Part shown: piece by piece, positions 24,622-38,152 of the stretch | Layout of the letters: every line of letters begins with the position of its first letter | Position numbering within the stretch: position 1 is the first letter of the stretch | Assembly (NCBI RefSeq): GCF_009914755.1 | Contig: NC_060928.1 | From: the human T2T-CHM13v2.0 reference genome, Homo sapiens | Length of the DNA stretch: 64,000 nucleotides | Direction: 5' to 3' (one strand) | The notes under the pieces: model-generated | Databases searched by the model: none | What the model was told of the DNA's origin: nothing | Seen by the model: only the letters and a program-made list of their open reading frames with translations | Program-made: the position numbers and the translations under genes

Positions 24622-27600
24622 GTAGGCACCTGGAGCCAGTCCCCCAGAGCTCGGGGACAGGAAGGCGGGAGTCTGGGTGGGCGCAGATGGCAGCCAGAGT
24701 TTGACTAGATGGGGAGGGGGGAGGGTGGGGGGCCCACTGCCAGCAGGGAATGTGGGCAATGTGGTGAAAGTGGTTGTTGGCTGACAGTGGATGTTGGGTG
24801 GCAGTGGGTGTTGGGTGACAGTTGACAGTGGTTGCTGGGTGGCAGTGGGCAGTGGGGGTGAGTCCCAGCCCAGGTGTGGACAGCAGGGCAGTGGGTAGAG
24901 GGCAGGCTGCTGGAGGATGGACTGAAGGTTGGGAGACACAGACTGGGGTCCACGGGTCCCCAAGCCCTGAGTGTGGACCTGTTCCTGGGAGGGGGCATGG
25001 CAGGAAGGCAGTCAGGGTTGGGGTCCAGGAGCCCCAGCTCAGGGAGGAGGGGCTGTGTCCTCAGACAGCGGTGGGGGCCTGTGGAGGCTGGGCTGGTGGT
25101 GAGCGACTCGGCGAAGGGCAGGGCATTGGTGCCCTGGCAGGTGCAGTTTTGGGGCCAGGTTGGGAGGGAGGGCCAGGCAGGGAGGCAGTGGGAAGGTACG
25201 GATCCCCAGGGTCTCCCTAGAGAAGCCTGGCAGTCACTGGGGACAGAGCCCTGCTGAAGGTTGGGCAGGGCTGAGAGGCTGGAGATGAGGACGGCTGGCC
25301 TGGGGTAGATGGGTGGCATCAGGGCCAGTTCTGTGCCTGTTTCCTTGTGGAGTAGGAGCCACTGCGGGCTGAACCTTGGATTCCTCAATCCCTTCTTCCC
25401 AGGCAGGTGGCACCTACAGGGGGGCGGGGTCCAGGCAGGCCTGGAGAGGACACCCAGGGTGGGGGAGGCGCCCAGGCAGGCCTGGAGGGGACAGTCAGGG
25501 ATGGGGGCGGAGCCACAGGCAGGCAGGGGCAGCTTGGGAAAGCCCCCACCAGTCTGCCTTGGCCCTGGGCTGGACACCGATCCCTGCAGTCCAGTGTGCT
25601 GAGGCAGCCACCAGACCAGAGGTGGTGGGGCCAGCCCTGCCCCAAGGGTCCTCCTGGGCAGCCTGCTGTTGCCTCCCCGAGGCCACCCGTACCCTTCAGA
25701 TGTCTTTTACCCAGACAGGGGTGCCCTGGGACACAGGTGTGGGGATCAAGGGGACAGGCCCAGTATCTGCTGGAGGATGTGAATCTTTTCCACAGAGGCC
25801 GGGGGCTCAGGAGGGGCGCCTGGGGTCTGTCATGGGACAGAGATGAGCCAGGCCCAAGTGGTAGCGTCGGGCTGCCAGCCCAGGGCGGGGTCTGGGAGGA
25901 GAGTGCAGAAGGGCCAGCCGATTCCCGGTTGCTGCTTCACTGAAAGAGTATCCGAGGTACTGGAAGCGATGCTCACAGAAGCCGAAGCAAAATCCAAGTC
26001 CCAAGGAGGGGACGGGAGGAGGAGCACTGAGGGCCCTGGAGCCAGTGGCCTTGGGGGAGATACAGATACGGACACACTGCTGGCCCAGCGCTGCTTACAG
26101 CCCCCGTGTGACTCCGGGTGGTGTTGGGAACATTCGTCCCCTTTCCCTGCAGTCAGGCCTCATGCTCCTTCCTGCTTCCACCCTCACCCCTCACCGCCCA
26201 CCCTTGGGAGCAAACTTGGAAGAACGGATGCAATCCTAAAACGAGGTACCAGGCTGCAGGGGGGTGTCCAGCCCCACCGTGGGCAAGCCCCGGCCCTGCC
26301 CCTTGGCTTCAAGGCCCCCTTTCCAGACGCCAGGCCCCGGCGCTCCCTCAGCTCTCCCCAGGCCCTCACCCCACCTGCCTCTCCCACCACCCCCTCTTGG
26401 CCTAGCCCCTCAGCCATGCCCCCTCCTCTAGGCAGCTGGCCCTGCTGGCCCTGTCCCTGCTGGCCCAGGTGCCTGCCTGGGCACGAGAACTTGGCCGCTA
26501 TGTTCTGTGGCTCATCTCGATGAAGGGGTCCTGGCATTCCGAGGGGACCAGCCCTCTAGGACCACACATTTGCAGGAGGGGGGTCTCCCCAGGGCCTCAG
26601 GGCCAGGCAGGGTTGGGGCAGAATTGTGTTGGTTGCTTTAGTTCATGGAATCAGGTGAGCGAACCCTCGTCGACCTGGGCTCCATCTCGCTCTGTCCCAG
26701 CTGCTGCCTGCAGAATCAGCGAGTCAGGTCTCCCTGGCCTCAGTTTCCCCACTGGGAGCAAGCAAGTGAAAGTTCCTCACCCCTAGCCCTGCTGCAGGGA
26801 GTGACGGGGACAAGGGTGAGAGGAGCCAGGCAGAGTGGATGTCTGCGGCAGGTGCCGGGCAGCGGGTGGCCACAGGAGAACCTGGTCTGCTGAGGATGCA
26901 TCCCTGGGGCAGGGAGGCCCAGCCTTGAGTCAGGCCCCTCCCCTGGACAGGCAGGTGTTTCAGGGAGGCCGACCCTGCAGGGCTGTCACCCGCTGGATCC
27001 CAGCCCCCACCTGAATTCTGAGGGCTCGGAGTGTGCTGGGGGTGGGGAGGTCACTGTGGGTGGGGCTTGGCTGTGTCTCCCAGCCACTGGCTCAGGGAAT
27101 GGGGGGGGACTTGCTGTCACCTCCCCTGCCTCACGTGGCTGTGCGTTCCCTCACGAGGTCCTGATGACAAGAATGGGAGGAGGCACTGGAGAACGGGGTC
27201 CTTCCTGTAGAACCTGGGTGCCCACGGTGCGGAGCCCTCAGGCCTGCAGAGGAGGGGCCGGTGTGCGTCCAACCCCCTAAGGTGGGAGCCTGCCTCAAGT
27301 CCCACCCAGCCGGGCCTGTGGGGTCCCCTCCTATCCTGCTCCTGCTCTGCCCTCCCCAGCACCAATGGGGTGTGCAGACAGAACCATCAGCTATTAGGAA
27401 GGGGGTCGGGGGAAGGGAGTAGCTCCTATGAGGGGGGAGAGGGTGTGGGGCACCTGGGTGTCCTGGAGGGGATACAGAGGGAGCGTGGGCCTGTGTGCAG
27501 GAGAGGAGGGGGTCCCTGGAGCCTGCAGCAGGTGGGGGTGACCCCGGAGGACAGTGAGGGGGAGGTGCTGGGGGCCAGGACAAAGCAGGGCTGTGCTGGC

Positions 27601-28008
27601 CCGGGAGGGTTAGGTAGAGAAGGTGCTGGGACAGCCAAGGAGGGGCGGTTGGTGGAGAGAGTTGGGAAGGTGCGGGGCGAGGGGCGCAGGGACAGAAGAG
27701 TGGGCCTTGGGGGGCCCATGGGGGGGTCGGCAATTCCTGCAGGGGAGGCGGCACAGTGGAGGGGACAGCGCTTCCTTCTGCTCTGTGGGTACTTGGACCA
27801 GGAGTGGACAGTGTGAGGGGGCCTCAGGATGGCGCAGCGCTGGGCCAAAGATGGACGGTCAGGAAAATGGAGCGGGAACCTCCAAGGTGCAGGAGAGGCG
27901 GAGCGGGGAGGAGGGGCTAGGCAGGGTGGGCAGCTCTTTACTGCACAATCTTTGGGATCTGTGCCCCTCTCGGTCCCCACCGGGGCTTCACAGCCGCTCC
28001 CCCCACAG

Positions 28009-28161
28009 GATCCCCAGGACCCGTGGCTGTGGACAGCCCAGGACCAGAGAGGCCGCGCGGCGAGTCGCCCACTTACGTGAACATCCCCGTCAGCCCATCC
28101 TCCAGAAAGCAGCTGCACTACATGGGCCTGGAGCTCCAGGAGGCCAGCGAGGGTGTCCGAG
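28009..28161 (+). CDS. DOK7: DOK7 long isoform exon B (153 nt)
   Basis: cccacag|GATCCCC...GTCCGAG|gtgggt; GSPGPVAVDSPGPERPRGESPTYVNIPVSPSSRKQLHYMGLELQEASEGVR. Confidence 0.82.
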
Positions 28162-28449
28162 GTGGGTCCCCGCCCTGCGTGGAGGCACTGACAGTTGGGG
28201 GCTGGGACCACAGCCTCAGGGCCCTGAGCCCCCAGCCCCACCCAGCAGCCCTTGGCCAGGGAGCTTTTCCTACAGCCTCCCCCCAGGAGGCAAATGTCCC
28301 CAACTCCATCCCTGGCCAGGCCACATCCCCTGAGGGTGTCCCCACTCAGATGCTTCCGAGGGCCTGGCTGGGGGACTGGTGTGGAGGGCAGGGTCACAGG
28401 GCTGGGTGGCTCGGGGTGCAGGCTGCCGCTCACTACAGAATTCTTTCAG

Positions 28450-28583
28450 GGGCTGGCGCCTCCCTCTACGCCCAGATCGACATCATGGCCACCGAGACGG
28501 CGCACAGAGTGGGGGTGCGGCACGCACGGGCCCGGGAGGAGCAGCTGTCGGAGCTGGAGCAGAGGAAGGCAGCCCCGCAGTGA
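28450..28583 (+). CDS. DOK7: DOK7 long isoform terminal coding exon
   Basis: ttctttcag|GGGCTGGC...CAGTGA; GAGASLYAQIDIMATETAHRVGVRHARAREEQLSELEQRKAAPQ*. Confidence 0.82.
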
Positions 28584-31221
28584 GGTCACAGCGCCAGGAG
28601 CTGACCGCAAACCCGGTGCGCTGTGCGGCCCCGTGGCCCCCGGCAGGCCAGCCCCTTCTGTTGGGCGTGGTCTGGTCCCCAGGGAGCCCCCAGTCGCAGG
28701 AGCAGGCATGGCCGGTCTCCGGGCCATGGTGCAAACAGGAAGTTTTCAGGGCCCACGGCCAGGCCTCCTGCCTCACAGGTGTCCGGGGCTGACCCTTCGG
28801 CCTGAAAGAGTTGCTCTGGACCCCAGGCCGACTGAGGCCCTGCTTCCAGGCATCAGGCAGCTCTGGTAGCTGCTGTGGCGTCTCAGGCAGAGGCTGCTGC
28901 CCAGGAGTTTGGGAGCATGGTTTGTGATGCCTGGGATGCAAACTGCCCTCTCACCCTGGGGGTGACTGCATGGATGACAGCCGTGTCCTGGCAAAATGCT
29001 CATCCCTTCACCTGGGTGTTGTGGCCCTGCAGAGCCAGGACCCAGTGCCCGCTCCCACTGTCGGCACCATGCCCGCTCCTGAGACTGGCGGCTCAGACAC
29101 TCCCGGAATCCCCTCCCCGCCTCCCGGCTGTCCTGCCTGGGCCACCGCCACCCTGCACCTGGGGACGGAGCCTGGACTCTCCCAGCCACCTGACCGCTCC
29201 ACTTCTTGGGACCTATTACAGCCAGTCATGTAAAGAGCCATTGTGACTGTTCTGTTTCTGACAATGCCTATTTTCTCTCTCCTGGTTTCTGCTCCTGGAC
29301 ATGGGTCTGATGTCTTCACCTGGGGGTGCTCGGGGTTGGGGCGAGCAGAGCTGCCTTCCTTGGTGGCACGGGGTTGGGGCTTCCTCCTGCGTCGGTGCGG
29401 TGCTGTGGCTTGGGGGTGGGTGAGGTGACGGGGCTATGTGCATAGGTGGTGGGCGTCCTGCATGCCCTCAACCCCTGTGGCAGGAGGAAGCACCGGGCAG
29501 GCCCCCTGCCTTGCTCCTGGAGATGGGGCTCTCTGCTCTGCATGGCTCCATCCGTATTCGTCCCTTTCTTTCATCTTCCTGCCCGTCCTTCCCCCGCCCC
29601 TCCCCCAGGAGCCCACCAAGGACCCAGAGAGTCTGTGGTTGGCCTGCCCCGGGTATGGCAGGCAGCTGCCACTGCTGCTCAGCGGGGCCCTCAGTGGGCA
29701 GGCTCAGAGCACTGGCCCTCCTGGCGCCCCCGCTCTGCATGTGACTGCTGAGGACGCTTGGCGTCAAGGTGGCAGGATGCAGGGTCAACCGGAGCCAGCT
29801 GGGGCCAGGACAGAGATCTCCCGCTTCGACGCAAAGGCCCTGGGGAGCATTCTGACAGACAGGGCAGGGCTGGGCTCTCAACCTGGAGGGTCCATGGACA
29901 AGACTTTCAGCTGCAAGTTGGGGCAAGGCATGGCCTGCACCCTGATCCAGGGCTGCAGCCGTGTCGGGCCCTTAGGGTGGCAGAGTTGAGATGTCCACCT
30001 CCGGGGCTGGCCACATGCACCAGCTCAGACACGCAACCTGGGTGGCACAGCCCCACCCCTCCCCGTGACCCTAGCTTGCTGGAGCTCAGGCTTCCTGTTC
30101 ACAAAGTGGGAGAAAGGGTCAGCCCCTCTGCTGCTGATGGGATCGTGGGGCTGTGGGGGCAGGTTTGGAGCCTAGACCCAGTGTGTCTGGGTGTGCCTTG
30201 GGCCACATCCTCTCGGCACGATGGAGTGGCCAGGCCATGTCCTGAGGAAATGGCCACACGAAGTGTGGATGTGGGGCTGGGGCTGGTCCCACGGCTGTGG
30301 GAAGCCAGGAAGCAGGGGTCAGAGTAAGACCTAGCCAGGGCACCACGGGTGGGCGTGGTATGGGGCTCAGGTACACCCAGGCCTCCAGCAGAGTGCCCGG
30401 GGAGGCTGTGATGGCCCACGCTGTATCTGGCACCCATGGGTCCCAGTTGTGTGGTGGAGGAGCCGTGGGAAGGGACGATGCTGGCCAAGGCGGGGTTGCT
30501 CTGATCTCAGGGCAGCTGCCCTTGGCCCAGGACAGCCACTCAAGGCCAGAGCTGTGACTGGACAAACTGAACAGGAAGCCTGACCTTTCCCTGGAGTTGT
30601 GACCAGCAGCCAAAGCCTGACAGGGTCATCTCTGCAAAGCTGTTGAAGATGTGAGGAGGTGGAGCACACGGGCCATCGTGTCTCGGGCACCCTGGACTCC
30701 AACCTGTGCCCGCATGGGGCTTCCATCCCTGGGCCTGAGACTGCCCCGGCCTTGGCCCACTGCCCTCGAGCCACACCACCCATTCGGCTGCCACCCCACG
30801 CCCTGTCCTCGTGCTGCCCCTCCTGGTGCTCCTGCCTTTCACCTTCCCTTTTGTCAGAGCAGGAGCCTCTGCCCTAGACCACCCCCTCTGTTCAGCAGGC
30901 CCAGGCTGGTCCCTCTCGGCACCCGTGCCACAGGAAGCCTGGAGCGTCCGGGACGAGGCGAGGCCCGTGCAGACCCGATGGCACCGCACACTCACGCCCC
31001 ACACACGGATGGGACCTGGGCTCAGCCCAGCTACCAGCAGCTCACATGTGGGGTGTGGGGACCTCGCCGTCCCCATGTCCCAAGCAGCCAACACTGGCAC
31101 GGGTGAGCATCTGTGACTCTGGGAATACCCGTGCCAGGCAGGCCACGTTATCCCGAACCAACTTAACTGCCTATCAACAGGAAGCTCGTACATCACCGCG
31201 GCCCGTCTCTCCCTGTGACGT

Positions 31222-31312
31222 GCAGCCTCAGCCTCCTGCGTTCAAGTGATCCTTCCCCCCCGCAGTTTCCTAAAGTGTTGGGATTACATGCGTAAGCCAC
31301 CATGCCCGGCCA
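31222..31312 (-). mobile_element. Alu fragment
   Basis: aaagtgttgggattaca...gccaccatgcccggcc. Confidence 0.75.
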
Positions 31313-31314
31313 AA

Positions 31315-31500
31315 GTAAGTACACTTAGCAACTTAAAAATACACATGGATCAAAGAAGACATCATACTTGAAATGAGAAAATATTTTGAACTGAATGGCA
31401 GTGAAAACACTACACATCAAAACTTAGGGAAATGTGGTTAGTGTGGTACGTTGAGGGAAACTTATAACCTCACACGCTTGTTTCACAAAACAACAGCAGA
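31315..31500 (+). mobile_element. Old L1 ORF2 remnant
   Basis: A-rich L1-like aaatattttgaactgaat...aaaacactacacatcaaaactt. Confidence 0.55.
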
Positions 31501-32084
31501 CAACAGAGATTTCCAACTCCAGCAATGACAGGCTAGGGTACCTAGATGAACCATCACACTGAAAACACATGCTGCAGTAAATACTGAATTTCTCCTTAAG
31601 AGCTGTGGGAATCTGACAAGCCAGGAAGGTAGAAACAAGGGAGAAGTGAGGGACCCAGGGGCCCAGGAAGGTCGTGAGCGCCAAGCACCCAGTGCTGCTG
31701 CCCCAGGGCGTGGCCAGTCCAGGCTTACGGGGCTCAGGTCCTAGGGGGCTGACCAGCAGGGTGGGGCAGACACCAGGCTCCAGCCCAGCCTCAGGTGAGA
31801 GTGAAGGGAGCACCTATCTGCAGCAAGCTGAAGCCCCCAAATCTAGGCCCTGAGGGTGAATCGGTACCAACCCCCTCGCCCTATCCTGAATGTGAGCGGG
31901 GAAAGTGCTCACCTGGCAAGATCTGGCCTGCGGCCCTTCAGGGGTCAGCATGACTTGTGTGGGTCAGAAAGCCTCAGCCCCAAACCCGGTCTCAGAGGCT
32001 TAAGAACCCTCTCCAGGAGGATGATCCATATAACAGCTCTCAAATAGGCCCCCAAATAATTCTTCACAAACACTTAACAGTTCA

Positions 32085-32818
<734 letters not shown>

Positions 32819-32885
32819 CTAAAATAATCATGTGCCCTACCATGCACGCAGCCATGGTGGCCCGGGTCCTGCCACGCACGCAGCC

Positions 32886-33626
32886 ATAGTGGGCTGGCTA
32901 AGCTGCAGGTTGTGCCTGAGCTCACGGACACGAGGAAGAAGGGCGACCGTGTCCTGGACAGCCCGGCTCGAGGCTGCTCTTCAGCCCCAGCCCCTGGTGT
33001 CCCGCAGCGGCTGCGGTGGCAGTGGTGGGGGAGCAGGCATGGCACCCGGAGCACTGGAGCCCAATGCAGGGTGACCCCTTCCCCCCAGCTCCAAATCCAG
33101 CATCCCTCCCCGGTGCCTAGCCCTCGCCAGGCTGCTGGCCCCATCGCTGGGAAGGAGTGGTTTGACCCCTCACCACTGAGAGGAGTAAGGTGTACTTCCT
33201 TGTCAAGCATGACTCCGAGCGGCACTTCTTCCACACCGCGCAGCTGCCTGTGCCTGGCAGGGGCCTCCTGCGGCCGGAAGGTCCCCTGCATCCCCAACCA
33301 CACCTGGCACAACACCATGGCTGAGGTGCGCTTCCAGCTGCACCAGCAGCCCACACGCCTCCTGAGCACCACTACCAGCTACCCCAAGCCCGTCTATACC
33401 AGCTACCCCAAGACTGTCTATACCAGCTACCCCAAGACCGTCTATACCAGCTACCCCAAGACCGTCTATACCAGCTACGCCAAGACCGTCTATACCAGCT
33501 ACCCCAAGACCGTCTATACCACCACCCTGGATTACAACTCGGCAAGATGCTGTGGAGGTTTCTGTTAGGGTGGAGCTGGAAGCCATCAAGTTCCTGGGTA
33601 GAGATGACCTTTCAGATGGATGCTGA
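32886..33626 (+). pseudogene. Processed pseudogene of refilin B (RFLNB/FAM101B-like)
   Basis: Collinear refilin peptides across frameshifts: VPELTDTRKKGDRVLDSP, APGALEP, FDP..VRCTSL(V)KHDSERHF, CIPNHTWHNTMAEVRF..PTRLLSTT, YPKTVYTTTLDYN, KMLWRFL, VELEAIKFLGRDDLSDGC*; start codon is ATA; no introns; A-run at about 33775-33784. Confidence 0.88.
33373..33523 (+). repeat. 24-bp tandem repeat x6 inside the refilin retrocopy
   Basis: TACCAGCTACCCCAAGACCGTCTA, encoding (TSYPKTVY)n. Confidence 0.95.
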
Positions 33627-33807
33627 CCCAGCAGGCTGGGCTGAGCTGGGACCAGCTCTTCCACTGCCCTGCTCCGAGCCTGCTCTGGTCAAGGTGGGCA
33701 ATGCTGCCCTTCATGTACTTCCAGCCCCGGAGGAGCTGAACCTAGAGATACCTGGAAACCCAGCTTAGGGAAGTAAAAAAAAAATCACTGCATCTCATAA
33801 TTATTGA

Positions 33808-34497
<690 letters not shown>

Positions 34498-34689
34498 TGA
34501 TGAGAAAATAGAAAGACCACTAGAACGGAAAAATAAAAAATAAAAATTAGATTTCATCAAACTGGAAACCTTTGCTTTCCAAAAGATAACCATTAAGAAA
34601 GTAAAATAGCAAGCCAGAGGATTGGAAATTATTCACAACACATATCTGAGGAAGGACTCACACCTAGACCTGGGAATAACGCTAAGACC

Positions 34690-34990
34690 AGGCTGGGTGT
34701 GGTGGCTCCCGCCACCTGTAATCCTGGCACTCCGCGAGGTGGAGGCAGGTGAATCACTTGAGACCAGGACTCCGAGACCAGCCTGGGCAACACAGCGAGA
34801 CCCAGTCTCTATAAAAAAAACCTTTTCTTTAAATTAGCAGAGCATAGTGATGCATGCCTGTAGTCCCAGCTACTCAGAAGACCGAGGTGGGAGGCTCGCT
34901 TGAGCCCAGGAGTTTGAGGTTGCAGTGAGCTATGATCGCACCACTGCACTCCAAGCCTGTGCGAGAAAGATCCTGACTCAAAAAAAAAGA
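34690..34990 (+). mobile_element. Alu (J-like)
   Basis: Diverged dimeric Alu with A-tail. Confidence 0.85.
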
Positions 34991-35735
34991 CAAGATTTCC
35001 AAGACCCAGTTTTTTAAATAGGCAAAAGAATTAAGTAGGCCCTTCCCAAAGACGCCACCCAAATGGCCAAGAGCAGACAAAAAGGTGTCATGCCTCTGGC
35101 ACCAGGGAAGTGCAAGTTACTACAAAACTAAAACAAAAGAATCAAATGGATTTAATTGTCTTTTTGTTACTGATTTCCTCCTCAGTTGCACTCTGGCCAA
35201 AGAATGTGATTTGTATTATTTACCTACATATCATATATTTATACATTACATTATCATCTGCGAATTACTGACATTTGCTTTGGGTCCTAGTACCTCGTCC
35301 ATTTTTAAAAGATTCCATGCGTGCTTAAGAATGTTTTCTCTAATGGGCATAAGTAGACCAAGTTTTTAACTGTATTATCCCATTCTTTCATATTCTTCAT
35401 CAATGATCTAAGCCTCTATCAAAAGAACCTAAAACAAGGACAGCAAATTGAACACAAAATAGGTAGAAGAAAGGAAATTCATAAGAAAAGAGCAAAAGTC
35501 AATGAAAAAGAAAACAATAGAAAAAAAAAAATCAATGGACCCAAAAGTAGGTTTCTTTGGGGAAAATATCTGTAAAAATGATAAACTCTTAGCTAGTCTG
35601 ATCAGGGGGAAAAGAAAACACAAATGGCCCAGAGCAGGAATGAGAATGGACATCACTGCACAGAGGATACTGTGAATGATTTATGTAAATTGTTTTGATA
35701 ACTTAGATGAAATTCTGCGACAAACCTATCTTTAA

Positions 35736-36067
<332 letters not shown>

Positions 36068-36949
36068 GCCTCATGTCTATTTTTAAAAATCAAGTTCTTA
36101 ATGAAAAACCTAAGCAAAAAGAAAATGGCAGGCATAGATGGCCTCACCCATCACATCTCTATGAAACAAATAATGCCAATCCTATACAAACTATGGCAGA
36201 ACTTGTTTCAGGAGGCCCACTTAATGCAATATCAAACCATGACAGACACATCACATGACAAGACAATGAACATCCAAGCCCAGTGTCCCTCAAGAGCATT
36301 CCTACACAGGAGGTCCTTAGCCCGGTATGAGCAAATCTCATCTGGCCATGCAGAGAAAAGGCCAATGCACCATGGCCACAGGGACTTACCTGGAAATGCC
36401 AGGTCATCTTGGCATATGAAAGTCAGCGTAATTCACTACAGTAATGCGGTAAGGAAGTGACCTCATGAGCATCTCACTAGGTGCAGGAAAGGCAGCTGAC
36501 CACATTCAACACGGATTCAGGAAAAGCCCTCAGCAAATGAGGAAGCTCTTCCGCCTGTAAGTGCACCAGTGCAAACCCAACACTGAGCCGGGAGAGACTG
36601 AGCCCATGTTCACCGAGACTGGGAATAAGATTAGCAAGCGCCGGCTCACCTCGCCAGTGCAGTGAGAAGCCGAGGCACAGACTGACAAGGGGAAGCAAAG
36701 CCACTGTCAGACAGAGGACACGCGTGTGCACACGGAAACCCCACGAGTCCACAGAAACACCGCCATGGCCAAGGCGGGAGTTTAGGGCACAGGATTAAAG
36801 CACCACGCACAGGTGACAAATGAAATAAAAATACACAGTCCTCAATAGCATATCGAACACCTAGGACTAGATCTAAAGGAAAACATGCCAGACACATGCA
36901 CAGAAAACTCCAGTTCATTGTTGGGAGAAGTTGAAGATGAACTCAATAC

Positions 36950-37609
36950 CTGGAGTCATACATGGCAGTCAACGCATGGACACCGGAGACTGTTAAGACG
37001 CCGACTGGAGTCACACACGGCAGTCAACGCGTGGACACCGGAGACTGTTGAGACGCCGACTGGAGTCACACACGGCAGTCAACGCGTGGACACCGGAGAC
37101 TGCTGAGACGCCGACTGGAGTCACACACGGCAGTCAACGCGTGGACACCGGAGACTGCTGAGACGCCGACTGGAGTCACACACGGCAGTCAACGCGTGGA
37201 CACCGGAGACTGCTGAGACGCCGACTGGAGTCACACACGGCAGTCAACGCGTGGACACCGGAGACTGCTGAGACGCCGACTGGAGTCACACACGGCAGTC
37301 AACGCGTGGACACCGGAGACTGCTGAGACGCCGACTGGAGTCACACACGGCAGTCAACGCGTGGACACCGGAGACTGCTGAGACGCCGACTGGAGTCACA
37401 CACGGCAGTCAACGCGTGGACACCGGAGACTGCTGAGACGCCGACTGGAGTCACACACGGCAGTCAACGCGTGGACACTGGAGACTGCTGAGACGCCGAC
37501 TGGAGTCACACACGGCAGTCAACGCGTGGACACTGGAGACTGTTGAGACGCCGACTGGAGTCACACACGGCAGTCAACGCGTGGACACTGGAGACTGTTA
37601 AGACACCGA
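36950..37609 (+). repeat. 55-bp CpG-rich VNTR x12
   Basis: CTGGAGTCACACACGGCAGTCAACGCGTGGACACCGGAGACTGCTGAGACGCCGA at exact 55-nt steps, 36950 to 37555. Confidence 0.96.
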
Positions 37610-37851
37610 TTCTTCCCAACATGTATTCAAGACATTCAGAAAAGGTATTCAAAAATGCGTTCAAGGGAATTGCTATTGAAATTCCAGAAGGCATGTTTTT
37701 TGGTAGAAATTGAGACACTGATTGTAAAACATATATGGAAACACCAAGGACATAAACAGCCACAAGAATCTTTAAAAAGAAGAGTTGGAAAATGCACATC
37801 ACCTCGATTCAGGGTTTATTATAAACCCAACTGTAGCCAAGACAGTGTGGC

Positions 37852-38152
37852 GGCCGGGCACCATGGCTCACACCTACAACCTGTAATCCCAGTAGTTTGG
37901 GAGGCTGAGACAGGAGCATCACTTGAGCCCAGATCAAGACCTGCCTGGGCAACATAGTAAAACCCCGTCTCTACAAAAAAAATAAAAATAAAAAAAATAA
38001 AATCAGCCGGGTGTGGTGACACACGCCTGTGGTCGCAGCTACTACTCAGGAGACTGAGGCGAGGGGATTGCTGGAGTATGGGAGGTCAAGGGTGCAGTGA
38101 GCTGAGATCACGCTACTGCACTCCAGCCTGAGGGACAGAGCAAGACCTTGTC
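37852..38152 (+). mobile_element. Alu (J-like)
   Basis: Diverged dimeric Alu. Confidence 0.85.

Noticed and set aside
32912-33568. 218-aa ORF as an intact novel gene
   Set aside because: GTG start and a mosaic of in-frame and out-of-frame refilin segments; better explained as a pseudogene
36950-37609. CRISPR-like regular array
   Set aside because: Head-to-tail repeats without unique spacers, no cas genes, eukaryotic context
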